Translations under genes and position numbers: made by a program
Shown here: positions 58,507 through 64,000 of the stretch, piece after piece
How positions within the stretch are numbered: position 1 is the stretch's first letter
Layout of the letters: each line of letters starts with the position of its first letter
Assembly: GCA_026394495.1 (NCBI GenBank)
Contig: JAPKYE010000028.1
Span: 6,691 to 70,690 of the forward strand
DNA length: 64,000 bases
DNA from: Methanobacteriota archaeon
Lineage (GTDB): Archaea > Thermoplasmatota > E2 > DHVEG-1
Direction: 5' to 3'
The notes under the pieces: generated by a model
Told to the model about the DNA's origin: nothing
The model's input: only the letters and a program-made list of their open reading frames with translations
The model's database searches: none

Positions 58507-58743
58507 ATGACAGAACAAAAAGATGAAAACAAATATACGACCGTCTCCATCCCAACACAACTCGCAGAAAAAATAAAAAAACGCATCCAAGGAACAGGAT
58601 TCAACTCACTCTCATCCTACGTCACCTACGTCCTCAGAGAAGTCCTCTCAAGCAACGACGACGAAGAACGAAAAGAAGCATTCAGCAAAGAAGACGAAGA
58701 AAAAGTAAAAGACAGACTCCGAGCACTCGGCTACCTCGACTAA
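58507..58743 (+). CDS. Ribbon-helix-helix (CopG-family) transcriptional regulator
   Basis: TTVSIPTQLAEKIKKRI…SSYVTYVLREVL RHH pattern. Confidence 0.6.
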   Translation: MTEQKDENKYTTVSIPTQLAEKIKKRIQGTGFNSLSSYVTYVLREVLSSNDDEERKEAFSKEDEEKVKDRLRALGYLD

Positions 58744-58765
58744 AAAAAATTAGCTTTGTGATCTC

Positions 58766-59674
58766 ATGCAATACAACTTAAACCATCTCCAAAAACTTGA
58801 ATCAGAAGCAATCTACGTTCTCCGAGAGGTTGCTGCACAATTCGAACGACCAGTCCTTCTTTTCTCAGGAGGAAAAGACTCCATCATCATGGGACATCTT
58901 GCCAAAAAAGCGTTCCAACCCGCACCAATACCATTTCCATTCCTTCACATAGACACCGGCCATAACTTCCCAGAAACCATAGAATACCGAGACGATTTCA
59001 TAAAAAAACTTGGTGTACGACTCATCGTCGGATCAGTCCAACACTCCATCGACACCGGACGCGTACGAGAAGAAAAAGGACGATACGCAAGCAGAAACAT
59101 ACTACAAACCGTAACACTCCTAGATACGATTCATGAACAGAAATACGATGCAGCAATAGGAGGCGGAAGAAGAGACGAAGAAAAAACACGAGCAAAAGAA
59201 CGATTCTTCTCCCATCGAAACGAAATCGGACAATGGGACCCCAAAAACCAACGACCCGAACTTTGGGATCTTTACAACGGAAGAAAACACCATGGAGAAC
59301 AATTCCGCATATTTCCACTTAGTAACTGGACAGAGATGGATGTATGGCAATATATCCTAAAAGAACAGATTTCCATCCCAACAATCTATTTTTCCCACAA
59401 ACGAAAATGCATCACTAGAGACGGCGTGATTCTTGCATACTCACCATATCTAAATATTGATCCTGATGAGAAAAAAAACATACAAACAATGACTGTCCGC
59501 TGTCGAACCGTAGGAGACATGACCTGCACAGGACTTGTTGAATCCGCTGCGAAAACCGTCGAGGAAATCATCGAAGAAGTCGCTGCCTGCAGATTTTCTG
59601 AGCGTATCAGCCGCGCAGATGATCTTCGATCAGAAAACGCGATGGAAGACCGAAAAAAGGAGGGATATTTCTAA
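58766..59674 (+). CDS. cysD: Sulfate adenylyltransferase subunit 2
   Basis: PAPS-reductase-fold PP-loop LLFSGGKDS. Confidence 0.88.
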   Translation: MQYNLNHLQKLESEAIYVLREVAAQFERPVLLFSGGKDSIIMGHLAKKAFQPAPIPFPFLHIDTGHNFPETIEYRDDFIKKLGVRLIVGSVQHSIDTGRVREEKGRYASRNILQTVTLLDTIHEQKYDAAIGGGRRDEEKTRAKERFFSHRNEIGQWDPKNQRPELWDLYNGRKHHGEQFRIFPLSNWTEMDVWQYILKEQISIPTIYFSHKRKCITRDGVILAYSPYLNIDPDEKKNIQTMTVRCRTVGDMTCTGLVESAAKTVEEIIEEVAACRFSERISRADDLRSENAMEDRKKEGYF

Positions 59675-59676
59675 CC

Positions 59677-60945
59677 ATGAACCAAAAAACCTATCAAGAA
59701 ATGGAGCTCCTTCGATTCACAACCGCAGGAAGCGTCGATGATGGAAAAAGCACGCTCATCGGCAGGCTTCTCTACGACACAAAAACGATTTTTCAGGATC
59801 AACTCAGAAACCTAGAACGACTCTGCTTGCAGCGAGGCGAACAACTCAATCTTGCATTGCTCACCGATGGACTGCGCGCAGAACGAGAACAAGGAATAAC
59901 AATTGATGTCGCATATCGATATTTTGCAACACCAAACAGAAAATTCATTATAGCTGATACCCCCGGCCATATTCAATATACACGGAACATGGTGACTGGC
60001 GCATCAACAGCTAACCTTGCATTGATCCTTGTCGATGCACGAAACGGGGTGACAGAACAAACCCATCGTCATCTATTCATCGCCTCACTCTTACAGATTC
60101 CACATGTAGTGATCTGCATCAATAAAATGGATCTTATGAACTACAAACAAGAAGTTTATGAATCAATAAAAAATCAATTAAAGGATTTCATCGCAAAACT
60201 CAACATCCCAGATATTTCATTTATCCCTATCAGCGCACTACAAGGAGACAACGTGGTTGAACCATCAAAACAGATGCTATGGTACAACGGTCCAACAGTT
60301 CTTTATCATCTGGAAAACGTCCATATAGGAAGCGATGAAAACCTGATTGACTGCAGATTTCCCGTTCAATACGTGATCAGACCGCGATCCGATGAGTATC
60401 ATGATTACCGGGGATACGGCGGAAAAATAGCGAGCGGCGTATTCAAAGTAGGAGACAAAATAAAGGTTCTCCCCTCAGGTTTTACCACTACAATAACATC
60501 AATAGAATCCCCAGATGGATCCATACAAGAAGCATTTCCGCCGATGTCAGTGGTGATTCAGCTTACCGATGACCTTGATATCAGCCGCGGAGACATGCTA
60601 GTCCGGGAACATAACCAGCCGACGGTGAGTCAACATATCGATGCAATGATCTGCTGGATGAACAATTGTTCTCTTCGAGCGGAAAATAAATACATTCTGC
60701 GACATACCACAAAAGAAGTCAAATGTGTGATAAACGAAATATCGTACAAACTTGATATCAACACGTTACATCGAATAGAAAATGCTACTGAACTTGGACT
60801 AAACGACATAGGAAGAATAACCCTAAAGACAGCACAACCGATTTATTTTGATAGCTACCGCAGGAACCGCTCCACAGGCTGCTTCATTTTAATCGACGAA
60901 AAAACAAACGAAACCGTAGGAGCAGGAATGATACGAGACGTGTAA
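59677..60945 (+). CDS. cysN: Sulfate adenylyltransferase subunit 1 (GTPase)
   Basis: G1 motif GSVDDGKSTLIGRLL, DTPGH, NKMD. Confidence 0.88.
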   Translation: MNQKTYQEMELLRFTTAGSVDDGKSTLIGRLLYDTKTIFQDQLRNLERLCLQRGEQLNLALLTDGLRAEREQGITIDVAYRYFATPNRKFIIADTPGHIQYTRNMVTGASTANLALILVDARNGVTEQTHRHLFIASLLQIPHVVICINKMDLMNYKQEVYESIKNQLKDFIAKLNIPDISFIPISALQGDNVVEPSKQMLWYNGPTVLYHLENVHIGSDENLIDCRFPVQYVIRPRSDEYHDYRGYGGKIASGVFKVGDKIKVLPSGFTTTITSIESPDGSIQEAFPPMSVVIQLTDDLDISRGDMLVREHNQPTVSQHIDAMICWMNNCSLRAENKYILRHTTKEVKCVINEISYKLDINTLHRIENATELGLNDIGRITLKTAQPIYFDSYRRNRSTGCFILIDEKTNETVGAGMIRDV

Positions 60946-60949
60946 AAAT

Positions 60950-61939
60950 ATGGATGAAAAAAAAGAGTTATTTCAGAACTTGAAAGGAAAAGGGCTCATC
61001 ATTCATCACTGGGACACCGATGGCATCTGCTCCGCCCACATACTCCTGCATCATTTATCGGATAAAAAAATAGTGAATAAAACACCGATTATTGGTAACT
61101 ATTTTCTTACCGAACAAGAACTAAAATCCTATGCTAAATATGATTTCATCATCATTTTGGATATGTCACTTCCTGAATCAAACATAAAGATTCTTGCGCA
61201 AAAAGCGCAGGTGTTTATTTTTGATCATCATCTTGGATCAGTGATTCCCTATGTGTTTCACCACAACCCAGTAATCAACGGAGAAAAACCAGAGAAGTAT
61301 CCTTCAACAAGCTGGATAATAAATACATTTTTTGGGAAAGCAGTAAACATCCATGCGATCTTAGGTGTTGTCGGCGACCATGAAAACAACATCCAAAAAA
61401 ACAAAGTGTTTTCATCCGTAATCTCTGAGTTCTGCAAAACATCAAACCTAAATTTCGCTGATCTCGTGCAAATGACGTATCTGCTTGACTCGTGTTACAA
61501 AGTTGGCGACAAAACAATGGTTGAAAAACTGCCAAAACTGCTTCTCAAAGAGACAGATGGCCACAGTATTGTTCAAAATGATATATTAAAAAACAATCTT
61601 ATGCTCCTTGAACAAGAGATAACAAAACATATCATACATCACGGTGAAGAAATCAACGGAGTGCTTGTAAAAAAAATTGATACAAAATACAATATTATTT
61701 CGACGGTGACACGAAAGATCGCGTGGGACAGCAAAAAAAACACGCTTGTTATTAACACTGGTTTTTTTGCAGATAGAAATCAGATTTATGTACGAAGCAA
61801 CAAAAACATGGAACCGCTGATTGCACGAGGGAAAACACTAGGATACAACTGCGGAGGAAAAAAAGAGGTGCTAGGAGCAATTGTACCAAAAGAGGAAACA
61901 GATTCTTTTGTTCAAGAGATACTACGTTTTCTTCAATGA
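60950..61939 (+). CDS. DHH-family phosphoesterase (NrnA-like; candidate 3'-phosphoadenosine-5'-phosphate phosphatase)
   Basis: HHWDTDGICSAHIL (DxD) and FDHHLG (DHH) motifs; embedded between cysN and cysC. Confidence 0.65.
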   Translation: MDEKKELFQNLKGKGLIIHHWDTDGICSAHILLHHLSDKKIVNKTPIIGNYFLTEQELKSYAKYDFIIILDMSLPESNIKILAQKAQVFIFDHHLGSVIPYVFHHNPVINGEKPEKYPSTSWIINTFFGKAVNIHAILGVVGDHENNIQKNKVFSSVISEFCKTSNLNFADLVQMTYLLDSCYKVGDKTMVEKLPKLLLKETDGHSIVQNDILKNNLMLLEQEITKHIIHHGEEINGVLVKKIDTKYNIISTVTRKIAWDSKKNTLVINTGFFADRNQIYVRSNKNMEPLIARGKTLGYNCGGKKEVLGAIVPKEETDSFVQEILRFLQ

Positions 61940-61957
61940 AAAAAAACGAGGTTTGAT

Positions 61958-62491
61958 ATGAAGGAACAAAAAGGCTTCACCGTCTGGTTCACTGGACTTC
62001 CCTGCTGCGGGAAAACAACAATCGCTGATCAACTGGCGATCATTCTAAAAAAACAGGGATATCTTGTTGAGCGACTTGATGGGGATATCATACGAAAAGA
62101 CCTCACAAGTGATCTTGGTTTTTCCAAAGAAGATCGCGACGAAAACATCAGACGAGTAACCTTTGTTGCAAAGCTTCTCACAAGAAATGGCGTTGTGGTT
62201 CTTGCCACCTTTGTTTCGCCCTACCAGGCGCAACGAACACAAGCACACAAAGAAATTGGTGCCTTCGTTGAAGTCTATGTCCGCTGTCCAAAAGACGTAT
62301 GCATGAAACGCGATGTGAAAGGAATGTACAAAAAAGCACTTGCAGGAAAACTCAAAGGATTCACTGGTGTCGACGACCCCTATGAAGAACCACAACATCC
62401 GGAAATCATTGTTGATACAGATAAAGAAACCGTAGATGAAAGCATAGAACACATCCTATACGCATTGAAACAATTAGGATATACAAAATAA
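61958..62491 (+). CDS. cysC: Adenylylsulfate (APS) kinase
   Basis: APS-kinase fold; P-loop GLPCCGKTTIA (unusual Cys-Cys in the Walker A motif). Confidence 0.8.
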   Translation: MKEQKGFTVWFTGLPCCGKTTIADQLAIILKKQGYLVERLDGDIIRKDLTSDLGFSKEDRDENIRRVTFVAKLLTRNGVVVLATFVSPYQAQRTQAHKEIGAFVEVYVRCPKDVCMKRDVKGMYKKALAGKLKGFTGVDDPYEEPQHPEIIVDTDKETVDESIEHILYALKQLGYTK

Positions 62492-62505
62492 GGAGTGAAA
62501 ACCAA

Positions 62506-63102
62506 ATGGTTACACTTGACAAAACAAGAAATTATATTGTTTCTGGTTTGGAACGATCAGGAACAAGTCTTCTCATGCAGATGCTTCATGCAGGCAACAT
62601 CCCAACAGCATCTGATACACTGCGACCAGCTGATGAACACAACCCTAAAGGATACTTTGAGCTTGAAGGCGGAAAAATCATTAACCGACTCATGGAAAAA
62701 ACATTTTCCATGGAAAAATGCAAAGGAGTATTTATCAAAATCACTGCATATGGTTTACAGTTTCTCCCACCTGGAAAATACACCATCATTTACTCAGAAC
62801 GAAACCTTGATGAAATCATGGATTCCATGGAAAAAATGACAAAAACAAAAGATACTAACCCAAAGGAAACAAAAGAGAGTTTTAGGAAATTAAACGCTCT
62901 GATAAAAAAACAGATCGAATCACGAAACGACATACAGGTGATGTTTGTGAACTACAACGATATCATTTCTCAACCAGAACATATAAGCAAAAAAATTATT
63001 GATTTCCTTGGATGCACTGATGTTAATGTACAGGACATGTTTGCAACAGTAGATAAAAACTTGTATCGGCAGAGACAAAAAACAACAGAAAACACCCCCT
63101 AA
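62506..63102 (+). CDS. PAPS-dependent sulfotransferase family protein
   Basis: 5'-PSB-like SGLERSGTSLL motif and 3'-PB region; follows cysC. Confidence 0.65.
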   Translation: MVTLDKTRNYIVSGLERSGTSLLMQMLHAGNIPTASDTLRPADEHNPKGYFELEGGKIINRLMEKTFSMEKCKGVFIKITAYGLQFLPPGKYTIIYSERNLDEIMDSMEKMTKTKDTNPKETKESFRKLNALIKKQIESRNDIQVMFVNYNDIISQPEHISKKIIDFLGCTDVNVQDMFATVDKNLYRQRQKTTENTP

Positions 63103-63159
63103 ACAACGGTTTTTCCCCCAAGGTTAACTTTATAATATATACTTGTTTATGAACGGTTC

Positions 63160-63393
63160 GTGTGCTTAGCGATCCCTGGAAAAATCATCAAAATCGACAC
63201 AAAAAAAGAACATGCGACTGTTGATTATGGCGATGGAACGAAACGAAATGCAAACATTACTCTAGTCGACGTGAAAGTCGGTGATTACGTCTTAGTCCAT
63301 GCTGGATTTGCAATCCAATTATTAAGCAAAAAAGAAGCGCAAGAAACCCTTGCGTTGTTTCGAGAGATGCTGTCTTTTGGGGAGGGCTTATAA
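63160..63393 (+). CDS. hypC: [NiFe]-hydrogenase maturation factor HypC
   Basis: N-terminal MCLAIP signature. Confidence 0.85.
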   Translation: MCLAIPGKIIKIDTKKEHATVDYGDGTKRNANITLVDVKVGDYVLVHAGFAIQLLSKKEAQETLALFREMLSFGEGL

Positions 63394-63394
63394 G

Positions 63395-64000
63395 TGTTTT
63401 CTCTTCACGATAAAAACCTTGCAAAAGAGATTCTTTCATCAATAAAAAAATCAGATGTTCATCTAAGATTCATGCATGTCTGCGGGACCCATCAAGATAC
63501 ACTAGTAAAACATGGATTGGATGAATTATTAAAAGAATGTGGAATTGAGATTGGACAAGGACCGGGATGTCCGGTTTGTGTGACCACGCCAAAAGAAATT
63601 GAAGAGATGCTTTTACTTGCACAAAAAGGGATTACCGTTACAACGTTTGGTGACATGATCAGGGTCCCTGGAGAACACTATTCGCTGCAACATATGAAGG
63701 CAGAAGGATGTGACGTTCGCACCGTATACGGCATAGAAGACGCAGTAGCTTTTGCAGAGAAACAGAAAGATAAAGAAGTCGTGTTTATGGCTGTTGGATT
63801 TGAAACAACTGCGCCGAGTACGGCAGCGGTTCTCTTGAATAAACCGCCGAGTAATTTTTCTGTGTTGTGTTGTCATCGATTAATACCACCTGCGCTGAAG
63901 GCTCTTTTGGAGATGGGTGAGACACGTATCGATGGGTTCATTGAACCAGGTCATGTTTCAACGATCATTGGTTTGGCTCCATATGAATTTATTTCAAAAA
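63395..64000 (+). CDS. hypD: [NiFe]-hydrogenase maturation factor HypD (3'-truncated at the window end; GTG start)
   Basis: FMHVCGTHQDT (CGxH motif), …GPGCPVC…. Confidence 0.8.

Noticed and set aside
1-64000. rRNA genes and additional tRNAs
   Set aside because: No rRNA-like conserved blocks were seen. Only one convincing cloverleaf (tRNA-Gly) was identified by eye; other tRNAs cannot be excluded without a tRNAscan-type search.

Overview
This 64-kb window is an archaeal chromosomal segment. Archaea-specific genes make that clear: eS4, eL32, eL19, type-Z S14, aSUI1, an RNase P Rpp29 subunit, RpoK, archaeal/eukaryotic-type GluRS, isopentenyl phosphate kinase and IDI-2, ArcS, and PGF-CTERM/UbiA lipid genes. 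Intergenic DNA is AT-rich. The ORF table uses ATG/GTG/TTG starts and over-extends several genes; starts were adjusted where a ribosome-binding site (GGAGG/GGTG) makes the real start clear.

Layout:
- 6-1208: 5'-truncated beta-helix protein with a dockerin-like segment.
- 1929-14071: ribosomal-protein super-operon (L3-L4-L23-L2-S19-L22-S3-L29-SUI1-Rpp29-S17-L14-L24-S4e-L5-S14-S8-L6-L32e-L19e-L18-S5-L30). L15 and secY are missing after L30; a small acidic ORF, rpoK and S2 follow instead.
- 15368-20354: TraB plus a site-2 protease, rhodanese, a YqgF-like nuclease and purH.
- 20355-22163: AT-rich island holding a signal-peptide Gly/Asp/Asn repeat protein and a direct-repeat array, directly upstream of arcS (which carries the PC-x3-KPY-x2-S-x2-H motif).
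- 24014-35524: gltX, idsA-fni-ipk (isoprenoid cluster), gcvT-gcvH, a nucleotidyltransferase with a hidden 59-aa coupled ORF, two cyclophilins, dcd, trmI and a candidate RaSEA radical SAM.
- 35521-38153: PGF-CTERM protein, DUF4314, and tRNA-Gly(CCC) with a 24-bp direct repeat bounding a 1.08-kb single-gene insertion.
- 38324-44293: UbiA, DsrE-like, and a radical SAM/Cys-rich (ArsS-like) cassette with two glycosyltransferases, DedA and an HdrD-like CCG Fe-S protein.
- 44187-57426: beta-helix protein, LemA-HtpX, pepD, DhnA aldolase, flavodoxin, Zn-ADH, a second UbiA with a CdsA/CarS-like gene and a tmk-like kinase, small secreted paralogs, NUDIX and purQ.
- 58507-64000: RHH-cysD-cysN-PAP phosphatase-cysC-sulfotransferase cassette, then hypC-hypD (3' truncated).

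No rRNA or CRISPR was found; one tRNA was found.
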